Assembly (NCBI GenBank): GCA_051010095.1
Contig: JBPCVX010000195.1
Location: 1-44,836, forward strand
Source of the DNA: Hyphomicrobiales bacterium
GTDB lineage: Bacteria; Pseudomonadota; Alphaproteobacteria; Rhizobiales; CAJQND01
Length of the DNA: 44,836 nt
Direction of reading: 5' to 3'
In this document: positions 1 through 9,899 of the stretch, piece by piece
Numbering within the stretch: position 1 is the first letter of the stretch
Layout: each line of letters starts with the position of its first letter
Notes under the pieces: generated by a model
The model's database searches: none
Seen by the model: the letters and a program-made list of their open reading frames with translations, nothing else
What the model was told of the DNA's origin: nothing
Position numbers and translations under genes: made by a program

Positions 1-1
1 C

Positions 2-490
2 CCAGCCAATATTGGCTATGCGAAAGGCGTGCCTATGGGTGGCGATCTCGCATCGGCACCAGATGGCAAGGCTCCAAGCTTTATGGTTTATGCGCTGCGC
101 GATCCCATCGGTGCAAACCTTGACCGCATTCAAATCGTCAAAGGTTGGGTTGATGGCAAAGGCGCTTTGCAGGAAAAGGTTTATGATGTTGCCTGGTCAG
201 ACAACAGAAAGCCTGACGACAAAGGCAAATTGCCTGCGGTTGGCGACACTGTGAACGTTGAAAAGGCAACTTGGACTAATTCGATCGGTGCACCTGAACT
301 TGGAACCGTGTGGATTGACCCGGAATTCGACCCCAAACAACGTGCGTTTTACTATGCGCGCGTGCTGGAAATTCCAAAGCCACGCTGGTCAACCTATGAC
401 GTGGTGCGCTTTGGGGCCAAGGCACCAAAAGGCACGCCCACCACAACGCAGGATAGGGCCTACACGTCACCAATTTGGTACACACCTTAA
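2..490 (+). CDS. DUF3604-family protein, 3' part (runs in from the left edge)
   Basis: Frame open from base 2 ([16 protein letters not shown]...). [29 protein letters not shown] and [11 protein letters not shown] resemble C-terminal motifs I recall for DUF3604 proteins. Confidence 0.85.
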   Translation, partial: PANIGYAKGVPMGGDLASAPDGKAPSFMVYALRDPIGANLDRIQIVKGWVDGKGALQEKVYDVAWSDNRKPDDKGKLPAVGDTVNVEKATWTNSIGAPELGTVWIDPEFDPKQRAFYYARVLEIPKPRWSTYDVVRFGAKAPKGTPTTTQDRAYTSPIWYTP

Positions 491-503
491 GAGGTGACGA
501 AAG

Positions 504-527
504 CGCGCGGCTCAATAGAGCCGCGCG
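504..527. terminator. GC-rich hairpin after the DUF3604 gene (possible terminator or stability hairpin)
   Basis: Perfect 10-bp stem CGCGCGGCTC-AATA-GAGCCGCGCG. No clean U-tract on the + strand. Confidence 0.5.
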
Positions 528-711
528 AAAGCTTAATTTCGATACTTCGTAAATTAGCACCCTGAGATCGCAATAATTTACCCAATTATTCTTACGATAC
601 GGGATAAGAATGTAAATATTGTGCATTTTTTACTTGTTATAATTTTGAAAAAACAAATAATAAATTTAATACCAAGAATAAAACTGACTGAATATTCTTA
701 TGGAGGCAGAC

Positions 712-2301
712 ATGAAGAAACATGCAGCATCCCAATCCCTCATTTCGTCAAAAATCTGGGGCCTGCTGTCTTTCTTCGCAGTGCTCATGATGGCGGCAGC
801 CTTGCTGGCGTCTAATGTGCATGCGCAGGAGAAAAAACCAAACATTCTAGTGATCTGGGGCGATGATATCGGCATCACTAATATCTCGGCCTATTCATTT
901 GGCATGATGGGCTACAAGACGCCGAACATTGACCGCATTGCCAAAGAAGGCATGATGTTCACTGACTATTACGGCGAACAATCATGCACCGCTGGCCGCG
1001 CTTCATACATTATGGGGCAAAGCGTCTACCGCACAGGTCTCTCTAAGGTAGGCCTTCCTGGCGCTGAGCTTGGCATGCAAAAAGAAGATCCTACAATTGC
1101 CGGCCTACTGAAGGCGCAAGGATATGTAACCGGGCAATTTGGCAAAAACCACCTCGGTGACAAAGACGAACATCTGCCGACCAATCATGGTTTCGACGAA
1201 TTCTTCGGAAATCTCTATCACCTGAATGCGGAAGAAGAACCTGAAAACGAGGATTACCCCAAAGATCCGGAATTCAGGAAAAGATTTGGACCGCGCGGCG
1301 TTATTGATTCCAAAGCCGGTGGTGAGATCAAAGACACCGGACCGCTCACGAAAAAGCGTATGGAAACTGTTGACGACGAAACCTTGGAGCGCGCACTCCA
1401 GTTCATCGACAAGGCCCACAAAGACGGCACACCGTTTTATGTGTGGTGGAACGGCACGCGCATGCATTTCCGCACCCATGTAAAGGAAGAGCTGCGCGGC
1501 ATTTCCGGCCAAGATGAATATTCCGACGGCATGGTCGAACACGATATGCATGTCGGCAAACTGCTTGCAAAGCTTGATGAGTTGGGCATTGCCGAAAACA
1601 CCATCGTTCATTACTCCACTGATAATGGCGTTCACATGAACACCTGGCCAGATGCTGGCATGACACCTTTCCGAGGTGAAAAGAACACCAACTGGGAAGG
1701 TGGATGGCGTGTGCCTTCAATGGTGCGCTGGCCTGGCAAGATCAAAGCTGGAACAATCACCAATGAGATCATGCATCATATGGATTGGCTGCCCACTTAT
1801 GTGGCCGTGGCCGGTAATCCAGACATTAAAGAACAGTTGAAAAAAGGCGGCGTGGAAGCCATTGGCCGCACATATAAAGTGCACCTTGATGGATACAACA
1901 TGCTTCCTTTCCTTACAGGCAAGGAAGAGAAAAGCCCGCGTAAGGAGATATTCTACTTCTCCGATGATGGTGACCTGACAGCGCTTCGCTACAATGATTG
2001 GAAAGCCATCTTCCTGGAGCAAAAGGCCGAAGCAACTCTGCGCGCCTGGATTGAACCTTGGACGCCCTTGCGCATTCCATTGATCTTCAACTTACGGCGT
2101 GATCCGTTCGAACGTAGCTATTCGACGTCGAATACCTACTACGATTGGTTGCTCGACCGGGCTTTCTTGCTGGTGCCTGCACAAGCGTATGTTGGAAATT
2201 TCCTTGCTACATTTAAGGAGTTTCCGCCGCGCCAAAAGGCAGCCTCTTTCTCTGTCGATCAGGTGATGGAAAAGTTGCAACAATCACTCGGGTCGAAGTA
2301 A
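712..2301 (+). CDS. Arylsulfatase (formylglycine-dependent, Cys-type), Sec signal peptide
   Basis: GGAGG at 702-706 precedes ATG 712. Motifs: PNILVIWGDD, SCTAGRA (CxAxR), GKNHLG, HGFDEFFG, STDNG, GEKNTNWEGGWRVP. Signal peptide ends ...NVHA|QEKK. Confidence 0.93.
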   Translation: MKKHAASQSLISSKIWGLLSFFAVLMMAAALLASNVHAQEKKPNILVIWGDDIGITNISAYSFGMMGYKTPNIDRIAKEGMMFTDYYGEQSCTAGRASYIMGQSVYRTGLSKVGLPGAELGMQKEDPTIAGLLKAQGYVTGQFGKNHLGDKDEHLPTNHGFDEFFGNLYHLNAEEEPENEDYPKDPEFRKRFGPRGVIDSKAGGEIKDTGPLTKKRMETVDDETLERALQFIDKAHKDGTPFYVWWNGTRMHFRTHVKEELRGISGQDEYSDGMVEHDMHVGKLLAKLDELGIAENTIVHYSTDNGVHMNTWPDAGMTPFRGEKNTNWEGGWRVPSMVRWPGKIKAGTITNEIMHHMDWLPTYVAVAGNPDIKEQLKKGGVEAIGRTYKVHLDGYNMLPFLTGKEEKSPRKEIFYFSDDGDLTALRYNDWKAIFLEQKAEATLRAWIEPWTPLRIPLIFNLRRDPFERSYSTSNTYYDWLLDRAFLLVPAQAYVGNFLATFKEFPPRQKAASFSVDQVMEKLQQSLGSK

Positions 2302-2367
2302 TCCCTCGACATCCCCTTGTTGTGGGGGATAAGCAGTTGGCATGAACGTTCATGAGGTACGCACTCA

Positions 2368-4632
2368 ATGCGTTTAATCATCTGGCTCTTATCCCTCACG
2401 ATGGGGGTGTTGCTCAATTTAACTGCAACCTCCGCGCAGCCTATGGAGGCGCGCGGTTACGTAACGGCTGCTGTGTGCGCTGGTTGTCACACAGAAGAAG
2501 CGAAAGCCTGGAATGATTCCCACCACGGCTGGGCCTTGCGCCGGGCGCTTGCTGAAAACGTTCTTGGCGATTTCAACGATGCAAGCTTCACCCACAAAGG
2601 TGTAACAACCCGTTTCATCACTAGAGATGGCAAAGCAATTGTCGACACGCTCAATGGCAAGGGCGAACGCGAGGAATTTGAGGTCAAATTCACTGTTGGC
2701 GTAGAACCCCTTCAGCAATATTTGCTGGCGACAGGCGATGGCAAACTGCAAGTGCTCGACATCGCGTGGGATACCGTCAACAAACGCTGGTATCATGTCT
2801 TTCCCAATCAGGAAAATGCGCCTGGAAACGGATTGCATTGGACCGGCAGCTATAAAAACTGGCAAGGACGCTGCGCGGTCTGCCATCAGACGGGTTTTGT
2901 GAAAGCCTACGATCCACTCAAACGCTCTTACGCCACCCGATGGGCAGATGACACAGTTGCCTGTGAAGCGTGCCATGGGCCCGGCACTGAGCATGTTAAA
3001 TGGGCGCAAAATCCGCAAAGTTACGCACCGCAAACCCAATCAGGCCGCGACAAGTTCGGATTTTCGGTATCATTTGCGCAAGATCGCCAGCAAATGGAAA
3101 AAAACGTGTGCGGACCGTGTCACTCACGCCGCGAGGCATTTGATCCAGACAGCCCACCAGAAGGCTCAACATTTGAGAACCACTATAATCTTTCCCTGCT
3201 GCGTAATGGCCTCTATCACGCCGATGGGCAGGTGAATGATGAAGTTTATGTGCTGGGCTCGTTTCTACAGTCCAAGATGCATGAAAAAGGGGTCACCTGC
3301 ACCAACTGCCACAACCCACATACGCTGGAATTAAAAGCTGAGGGAAATGGTGTGTGCACCCAATGCCATTCAGAAGCGGGTAACAACGCCTTTCCTTCGC
3401 TCACAAAAAAGGCATATGACGCGCCTTCCCATCATTTTCATGAGCAAGGCAGCGACGCTGCACAATGTGTGTCCTGCCATATGCCAGAGAAAAACTTCAT
3501 GGTGGTCGATGGCAGGCGCGACCACAGCTTTCGGGTTCCTCGTCCCGATCTTTCAATCACTACTGGCGTGCCAAATGCGTGCACTACATGTCATGAAGGG
3601 CAATCTGCACAATGGGCAGATGAAGCCATCAACAATTGGTATCCAAACACGCGTTCAGGCAAACCTCACTTCGCGGTTCCAATTGCCGCGGCTCGCACAG
3701 GCGACAATTCTGCAGAAACACAGGAAGCTCTCATAAAGATTGCGGAAGATGAGACCGCCCCTGCTATCGTGCGGGCAAGCGCACTGGAACTTGCAAACAT
3801 TGCAGCTGTACCGCAATTAGTTGGCCGGGCGGTTGCGCTGCTCAAAAGCGATAGCGCAGTAATACGCGCGGCTGCCAGCCGACATTTTCGGCAGGCCCCT
3901 CCGCAAATGCGCGCGCAGGTTCTTTTCCCGCTCTTAAGCGATAAACGCAAAATGGTGCGCATTGCAGCGGCACGCGAACTGGCTGGAATTCCACGCAACG
4001 CGGTCGATCCAACGGTCAGCGCAAAGCTCACTGCCGCAAACCGCGAGTTTCAGTCTTCATTGATGTCGCGCGCGGATTTCCCAGAAACACAGATGTCGAT
4101 TGCTGGCCTGGCCATGTCTCTGCGCAACATGCGGGTTGCCAAAAGCGCATTGAGCGAAGCAGTTGCCCTTGATCCGCAACTCTCCGATGCTTGGCGTCTT
4201 AAGGCACGCATCGAAATGGCTGAGCGTAATCCGCAAGCTGCGCGCGCCACACTGGAAGCAGCGATTGCGGTTTTGCCGGATGCACCGGACTTGCATGCCT
4301 CTCTTGCCCGCACGCTCGCCCAATCAGGTGCAGATACCGAAGCGATCACTGTTTACGAAAAGGCAATTGGCTTGATGCCACACAATGCGGATTTGCACTT
4401 GGAATTTGCAGGCACGCTCACGCGGTTGAAAAGGCATACACAAGCGCTGCAACAAGCCGAGCTTGCACGCCAGAAGGGGCCCGATAATCCAACCGTGCTA
4501 GCACTAATTGCGCTGAACCAGCTTCAACTGGGTGATCTGAAAAAAGCACGAGATACGGTCCGCGAGTTGAGTTTGCGCTTTCCCGCATTTCAATTGCCTC
4601 GCGAATTACAAGCGCTAAAGACGCTCCCTTAA
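2368..4632 (+). CDS. Exported octaheme c-type cytochrome with C-terminal HEAT-like and TPR repeats
   Basis: Signal peptide followed by eight CxxCH motifs (CAGCH, CAVCH, CEACH, CGPCH, CTNCH, CTQCH, CVSCH, CTTCH). The C-terminal third has Ala/Leu-rich helical repeats (IVRASALE, VIRAAA, AVALDPQ, AIGLMPHN). Confidence 0.9.
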   Translation: MRLIIWLLSLTMGVLLNLTATSAQPMEARGYVTAAVCAGCHTEEAKAWNDSHHGWALRRALAENVLGDFNDASFTHKGVTTRFITRDGKAIVDTLNGKGEREEFEVKFTVGVEPLQQYLLATGDGKLQVLDIAWDTVNKRWYHVFPNQENAPGNGLHWTGSYKNWQGRCAVCHQTGFVKAYDPLKRSYATRWADDTVACEACHGPGTEHVKWAQNPQSYAPQTQSGRDKFGFSVSFAQDRQQMEKNVCGPCHSRREAFDPDSPPEGSTFENHYNLSLLRNGLYHADGQVNDEVYVLGSFLQSKMHEKGVTCTNCHNPHTLELKAEGNGVCTQCHSEAGNNAFPSLTKKAYDAPSHHFHEQGSDAAQCVSCHMPEKNFMVVDGRRDHSFRVPRPDLSITTGVPNACTTCHEGQSAQWADEAINNWYPNTRSGKPHFAVPIAAARTGDNSAETQEALIKIAEDETAPAIVRASALELANIAAVPQLVGRAVALLKSDSAVIRAAASRHFRQAPPQMRAQVLFPLLSDKRKMVRIAAARELAGIPRNAVDPTVSAKLTAANREFQSSLMSRADFPETQMSIAGLAMSLRNMRVAKSALSEAVALDPQLSDAWRLKARIEMAERNPQAARATLEAAIAVLPDAPDLHASLARTLAQSGADTEAITVYEKAIGLMPHNADLHLEFAGTLTRLKRHTQALQQAELARQKGPDNPTVLALIALNQLQLGDLKKARDTVRELSLRFPAFQLPRELQALKTLP

Positions 4633-4696
4633 GACTTCCAAATCATTGCGCAATCAGTTACAGCAAGGCCTTTGACAAAGACTGCAGGACTGGCTG

Positions 4697-5677
4697 ATGA
4701 CGGTATTGGTGACAGGTGGCGCAGGTTACATTGGCAGCCATATGGTTTTGGGCTTGCGTGACGCAGGGCAAGATGTCGTCGTCATTGATAACTTGAGCGC
4801 CGGCTACCGTTTTTTGGTGCCAGAAGACGTGCCCTTTGTAGAGGGCGATATTGGCGACCATGATCTGGTCGACACAGTTTTTCGCGACAACAATATCGAG
4901 AGCGTCGTGCATTTTGCCGGCTCAATCATCGTGCCGGAATCTGTCGAAAAGCCCCTGCTCTACTATCATAACAATACCGTCAAATCGCGCACGTTGATTG
5001 AAGCCTGCACAAAGGCAGGTGTTAAAAACTTCATCTTTTCCTCCACTGCAGCAGTTTATGGAAATCCCGACCAAAGCCCGGTTGGCGAAACCGCACCACT
5101 TGCGCCCATTTCTCCTTACGGAACATCAAAACTGATGAGTGAGTTGATGCTGCGAGATACGGCGGCGGCTCACGATTTCAACTACGTGGCATTGCGGTAT
5201 TTCAATGTCGCTGGTGCTGACCCTGGCGGGCGCTCTGGTCAATCTGGCCCCGTTGTCACGCACCTCATCAAAATAGCTGCACAAGCAGCTCTTGGACTGC
5301 GCGATGGCATGCAGATCTTTGGCAAAGATTATGACACACCCGATGGCACATGCATTCGCGACTACATACATATCAGCGATTTGATTACTGCCCATTTGGC
5401 AGCACTCATGCACCTCAGAGCAGATGGCAAAAGCGCGGTTTTCAATTGCGGCTACGGACACGGTTCATCTGTATCTGAAGTGATTGCCGCAGTTGAGCGC
5501 GCCTCCGGCAAGTCGATCGATGTGGCCGATGCGCCCCGCCGCGCAGGTGACCCGCCTGATTTGGTGGCGAATGCTGATAAACTTCGTGCTGAACTAGGGT
5601 GGACGCCTCACCACGATGATCTTGATGAAATCGTTGCCTCGGCGCTTGCCTGGGAAGAGCGTTTATCTAGGCGCTAG
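4697..5677 (+). CDS. galE: UDP-glucose 4-epimerase
   Basis: TGGAGYIGSH, FSSTAAVYG, YGTSK (YxxxK), LRYFNVAGADP, DGTCIRDYIH. Confidence 0.95.
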   Translation: MTVLVTGGAGYIGSHMVLGLRDAGQDVVVIDNLSAGYRFLVPEDVPFVEGDIGDHDLVDTVFRDNNIESVVHFAGSIIVPESVEKPLLYYHNNTVKSRTLIEACTKAGVKNFIFSSTAAVYGNPDQSPVGETAPLAPISPYGTSKLMSELMLRDTAAAHDFNYVALRYFNVAGADPGGRSGQSGPVVTHLIKIAAQAALGLRDGMQIFGKDYDTPDGTCIRDYIHISDLITAHLAALMHLRADGKSAVFNCGYGHGSSVSEVIAAVERASGKSIDVADAPRRAGDPPDLVANADKLRAELGWTPHHDDLDEIVASALAWEERLSRR

Positions 5678-5716
5678 CTCGACGAAGTATAACAAGGTCT
5701 CTGGCAGCTGACTTTG

Positions 5717-5732
5717 GTTAAGAAAGCTTTAC
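5717..5732. promoter_or_regulatory. Putative CtrA box upstream of the lytic transglycosylase
   Basis: GTTAA-GAAAGCT-TTAC; the reverse strand reads GTAA-N7-TTAAC, one mismatch to TTAA-N7-TTAAC. Confidence 0.45.
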
Positions 5733-5856
5733 CAAAGGGCGAAAATCGCGCTCACATTAAATTTAGAACTTGGCCATAATTCTTACATCATCTCCCAATA
5801 GCCCTTATGCTTTGTGTGATTCGCGTCAAAGTGCACATTTTTTGATGAGGATAAGA

Positions 5857-7098
5857 ATGAAGCCACTGTTCCGGATTAATGGCTGGGTAAAGACTCTAAC
5901 TCTGCTAGCAGCATCGTTTACGCTTGCTGTGGGTCTCTCTGCTCATCCCAAGGTAATGGGCAGCGAAGCCCGCGCCGACGCCTTTGACCGTTTTGTTGCC
6001 TCGATGCGCGTAAAAGCACGCAAACGCGGCATAAAAACGTCTGTGTTCGATCGCGCCTTCAAGGGTGTACGCCCTAACCCGGAAGTCTTAAAACTGGCGC
6101 GCTATCAGCCTGAATTCAGAAGCCCGGTATGGGCCTACATTGACAAGCGAGTGAGCGATACCCGCATCGCCAATGGGCGCGCGAAGATGAAAAAGCATGC
6201 TCGCGTGCTTAATGCTCTGCAGAAACGTTACGGTGTCCCAAAACGCTTTTTGGTGTCGATCTGGGGTATTGAGAGTCGTTATGGTGAATATAAAGGCGAA
6301 ATGAACGTCATCCGTTCGCTCGCTACTCTGGGGTACAAGGGCAAACGCAGAAAATTTGGCCGCTCACAGCTAATCGCGGCGCTCAAAATCTTGCAACGTG
6401 GCGATATCAAGCTGTCGCAATTTACTGGTTCTTGGGCTGGCGCCATGGGCCATACGCAATTCATTCCGACCACATATAATGCATATGCTGTCGACTGGAC
6501 TGGAGACGGTACACGCGACATTTGGAATTCAACTTCAGATGCGCTCGCCTCGACGGCCAATTATCTGCGCAAGGCAGGCTGGCGTACAGGCCAGGTTTGG
6601 GGTGTGGAAGTCAAAGCACCTAAACGCCTTAAGGTGAACCGTAAGCGTCTCGGGAAAAGCCGCAGCGTGGCCAGCTGGATTAAGCGCGGCGTAAAGCCAA
6701 TTCGTGGTGGAAAGCTCAGCAATCGCAAGCGCAAAGCCTGGCTGTATTCGCCGTCTGGAAAATCTGGTCCATCGTTTTTGGTTTACCGCAATTTCCGCGT
6801 AATTATGCGCTACAACAATTCCACGTCATATGCTCTTGCGGTGGCATTGCTGGGTGACCGGATTGTCGGCAAACGAGACGTCATTGGAAAATGGCCACGT
6901 TCCGGCACACCTTTAAATCGGGCTGGGCGCGTGTCTATTCAGCTCGAGTTGAAAGCGCTTGGGCTTTATGATGGCGAGGTGGATGGCCGTATCGGTAGCG
7001 GTACAGAAAAGGCCGTGCGGCTTTACCAAAAGCGCATTGGCGTGAAACAGGATGGCTATCCCTCGGTTGAGCTGCTAAAGAGAATGCGAAGAAGCTAA
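5857..7098 (+). CDS. Lytic murein transglycosylase (MltB/SLT_2 family) with C-terminal peptidoglycan-binding domain
   Basis: GAGGA precedes ATG 5857. Motifs: QPEF, IWGIESRYG (catalytic Glu), GSWAGAMGHTQFIPT, YNNSTSYALAV; C-terminal LKALGLYDGEVDGRIG...YQKRIG. Confidence 0.92.
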   Translation: MKPLFRINGWVKTLTLLAASFTLAVGLSAHPKVMGSEARADAFDRFVASMRVKARKRGIKTSVFDRAFKGVRPNPEVLKLARYQPEFRSPVWAYIDKRVSDTRIANGRAKMKKHARVLNALQKRYGVPKRFLVSIWGIESRYGEYKGEMNVIRSLATLGYKGKRRKFGRSQLIAALKILQRGDIKLSQFTGSWAGAMGHTQFIPTTYNAYAVDWTGDGTRDIWNSTSDALASTANYLRKAGWRTGQVWGVEVKAPKRLKVNRKRLGKSRSVASWIKRGVKPIRGGKLSNRKRKAWLYSPSGKSGPSFLVYRNFRVIMRYNNSTSYALAVALLGDRIVGKRDVIGKWPRSGTPLNRAGRVSIQLELKALGLYDGEVDGRIGSGTEKAVRLYQKRIGVKQDGYPSVELLKRMRRS

Positions 7099-7114
7099 AG
7101 GCTTGATTGGTATA

Positions 7115-8458
7115 ATGTTTGAACGGTTTGCGTATGTAATCTTTTTCTTAGCGATTGTGATGGTCGTCGCTGTCGGGCCTGCGCGCGCTCAAAGCCAACA
7201 ACCCGCTCCCTTACCGCCTGTTGAAACACAGCCCGTGCAAGTTCAACAATTGCCCACCCAAACCCAGCCTGCAACAAATTCTGTAACGACGCCTGTGACA
7301 ACACCGGTGACACAACCTGTCTCGCAACCCGCGACGCAAACAGGGACGCAAACGGACGTAAAGCCCGCAAACACAGCGAGCAGTGCTTACATCAAAGACG
7401 CTAAGGACACATATCAAGTCTTCATCATCGGTGATGACTTAGCAGCTGGCGTGTGGGGCGGCATGACGCGCATGACCGCTGGCGATAATAGATTGAAATT
7501 AAATGGTCGCTACAAGGAACAAACCGGTTTTGCGCGCGTAGACCGGTACGATTGGAATGGTGCTCTTGATAAAATCCTCGCGTCCAAGGAAATGGACGTA
7601 GCAGTAGTGATGATTGGTTCCAACGACCGCAAAGAATTTCGCGGACCTGGCGGGCGGTATAAGTTTGGTAGCGAAGATTGGAAAAAGGCCTACACAGCAA
7701 ATATCGACCGCTTCATCGCACAGCTTAAAGACAAGGATGTGGCGATATACTGGCTGGGCCAGCCATCAATGAACGACCCCGATTATGACGAAGCTATGAA
7801 ATTCGTCACAAAAATTCAAAAAGAGCGGGCTGAAGCCGCAGGTGTTCGGTTTCTGGCAACACGTCCTTCCTTCGTGAACGAAAATGATGAATTTACCTGG
7901 AAAGGTCCTGATATTGACGGTGTTGTGCGGCGCATGCGGGCAAAAAATGGCGTGCACTTTTATAAGCGCGGCAACAACAAAATCGCCAATCTCGTGCTCA
8001 AGCAGCTTAATGAAGATGTTGCCAACGCGGGCAAGGATATTCCTGCTGCGGTGGCGAATGCACCAGCTGCAACTGATGCAAACCAAGTGCGCCAGCTCGG
8101 TACAGTACAGCCGGGCATCGGTAACAATGTGAACGCACAAAACGCACAGAGGTTCATTGCGCCGCCGATCTTTGCCATCGAAGAAGAATTAGCCCCGCTG
8201 GCGCTCAATCCACCACAGGCTAAGCCAAGCCAACCTGCCTCAACGGGTGCAACGCAAGTGAATGTGGTGGCGGCAACGCCCTCAAATCAAGCAACTGGTG
8301 TAAGTGGCACTACAGATGGTTCTGTTTCGCCCGCATTCGAACAATTGAAGGCAAGTGTTCGGCCTGGCACTCCAGCTGCTCAAGTGTTTCAACAAGGCTT
8401 GGTTATGGCGCCAAAAAAAGGGCGCGTGGACGACGCAAGCTGGCCACGCACCCAATAG
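7115..8458 (+). CDS. DUF459 / SGNH-hydrolase-like exported protein with T/P/Q-rich linker
   Basis: N-terminal hydrophobic segment, low-complexity QPVTTPV linker, then IIGDDLA, VMIGSND and NGVHF blocks. Start could be TTG 7103. Confidence 0.75.
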   Translation: MFERFAYVIFFLAIVMVVAVGPARAQSQQPAPLPPVETQPVQVQQLPTQTQPATNSVTTPVTTPVTQPVSQPATQTGTQTDVKPANTASSAYIKDAKDTYQVFIIGDDLAAGVWGGMTRMTAGDNRLKLNGRYKEQTGFARVDRYDWNGALDKILASKEMDVAVVMIGSNDRKEFRGPGGRYKFGSEDWKKAYTANIDRFIAQLKDKDVAIYWLGQPSMNDPDYDEAMKFVTKIQKERAEAAGVRFLATRPSFVNENDEFTWKGPDIDGVVRRMRAKNGVHFYKRGNNKIANLVLKQLNEDVANAGKDIPAAVANAPAATDANQVRQLGTVQPGIGNNVNAQNAQRFIAPPIFAIEEELAPLALNPPQAKPSQPASTGATQVNVVAATPSNQATGVSGTTDGSVSPAFEQLKASVRPGTPAAQVFQQGLVMAPKKGRVDDASWPRTQ

Positions 8459-8470
8459 AAATGTCGAATT

Positions 8471-9898
8471 TTAGCGCGGCAGGGTTGTTTCACCCATAAG
8501 ATGCGCATCAACAGCATGTGCTGCCTGACGGCCTTCACGGATCGCCCACACAACAAGCGATTGCCCCCGGCGCATATCGCCTGCAGCAAACACGTTCTCC
8601 TTGGACGTTTTATAACTCAACGTATCAGCAGTGATGTTTCCCCGGCCGTCGAGATCAACGCCCAGATGCTCCAGCATGCCCTTGTGGCGCGGATGCACAA
8701 ACCCCATGGCAAGCAGAACGAGATCAGCCTGCAGCTCAAACTCAGATCCTTCAATGGTTTGAAATTTTTCATCTACTTCTAGGCAGTTGATGTGCGTCAC
8801 ATGACCGTCTTCACCTTCGATAGACTGTGTCATCACCGAAAACGCTCTGTCAGCGCCTTCTGCCTGGCTTGTTGACGTGCGCATTTTCAAAGGCCAATTT
8901 GGCCAGGTGAGGTCTTTATCTTCAGCCTCTGGTGGTGCTGGCATAATTTCAAGCTGCGTGACCGAAAGCGCTCCTTGCCTGAAAGACGTTCCAATGCAGT
9001 CAGACCCTGTATCGCCACCGCCGATCACCACAACATGTTTTGAATCTGCCAAAATCGGGTCCATCTCAAATGGCTCGCCACCCATCCGGCGGTTCTGCTG
9101 GGGCAAAAAATCCATTGCAAAATGAACACCCTGCAAATCGCGGCCCGGCACGGGCAGATCACGCGGATGTTCAGAACCACCGGTTAACAATAGCGCGTCG
9201 TAATTGGCCTCAAGCTCTGCAACGCTTACAGCACCCTCACCTTCGCCTCCCACTTCAGTGTTACAATGGAAGGTAACGCCTTCGGCCTCCATCTGCTCAA
9301 CCCGGCGGTCGATAAGGTGCTTCTCCATTTTAAAATCGGGAATGCCATAGCGTAACAATCCGCCTGGTTTGGCATTTTGCTCATAAAGGTGCACATCATG
9401 GCCTGCGCGCGCCAATTGCTGCGCTGCAGCCATACCTGCAGGGCCTGAGCCCACCACAGCAACTTTTTTGCCGGTCTTGTTAGCTGGTGGCTGCGGAACG
9501 ACCCACCCCTCTTCAAATGCTTTGTCTACAATCGCGCATTCAATGGTTTTGATCGTCACCGGCTCATCATCAAGATTAAGCGTGCAAGAGGCCTCGCATG
9601 GTGCAGGGCAAATGCGGCCCGTGAACTCGGGAAAGTTGTTTGTCGAATGCAGATTGTCGGAGGCAGCCTCCCAATCGCGCTGGTAAACCAGATCATTCCA
9701 ATCAGGTATCTGATTGTTTACCGGGCACCCATTGTGACAATACGGAATGCCACAATCCATACAGCGGGCCGCCTGGCGCTCCACATCACGTTCTTCCATC
9801 GGAATAATGAACTCGTTGAAGTGGCGCACGCGGTCACCAGCGGGTTTATACATCCGCTCCTGGCGTGGGATTTCAATAAAACCTGTAACCTTTCCCAT
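8471..9898 (-). CDS. gltD: Glutamate synthase (NADPH) small subunit
   Basis: MGKVTGF start, [14 protein letters not shown] Fe-S motif, [33 protein letters not shown]. Confidence 0.97.
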   Translation of the reverse strand: MGKVTGFIEIPRQERMYKPAGDRVRHFNEFIIPMEERDVERQAARCMDCGIPYCHNGCPVNNQIPDWNDLVYQRDWEAASDNLHSTNNFPEFTGRICPAPCEASCTLNLDDEPVTIKTIECAIVDKAFEEGWVVPQPPANKTGKKVAVVGSGPAGMAAAQQLARAGHDVHLYEQNAKPGGLLRYGIPDFKMEKHLIDRRVEQMEAEGVTFHCNTEVGGEGEGAVSVAELEANYDALLLTGGSEHPRDLPVPGRDLQGVHFAMDFLPQQNRRMGGEPFEMDPILADSKHVVVIGGGDTGSDCIGTSFRQGALSVTQLEIMPAPPEAEDKDLTWPNWPLKMRTSTSQAEGADRAFSVMTQSIEGEDGHVTHINCLEVDEKFQTIEGSEFELQADLVLLAMGFVHPRHKGMLEHLGVDLDGRGNITADTLSYKTSKENVFAAGDMRRGQSLVVWAIREGRQAAHAVDAHLMGETTLPR

Positions 9899-9899
9899 G

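Noticed and set aside
7195-7370. Repetitive DNA in the DUF459 gene as a CRISPR or VNTR
   Set aside because: Degenerate in-frame codon repeats encoding a T/P/Q/V linker; no constant repeat-spacer structure.
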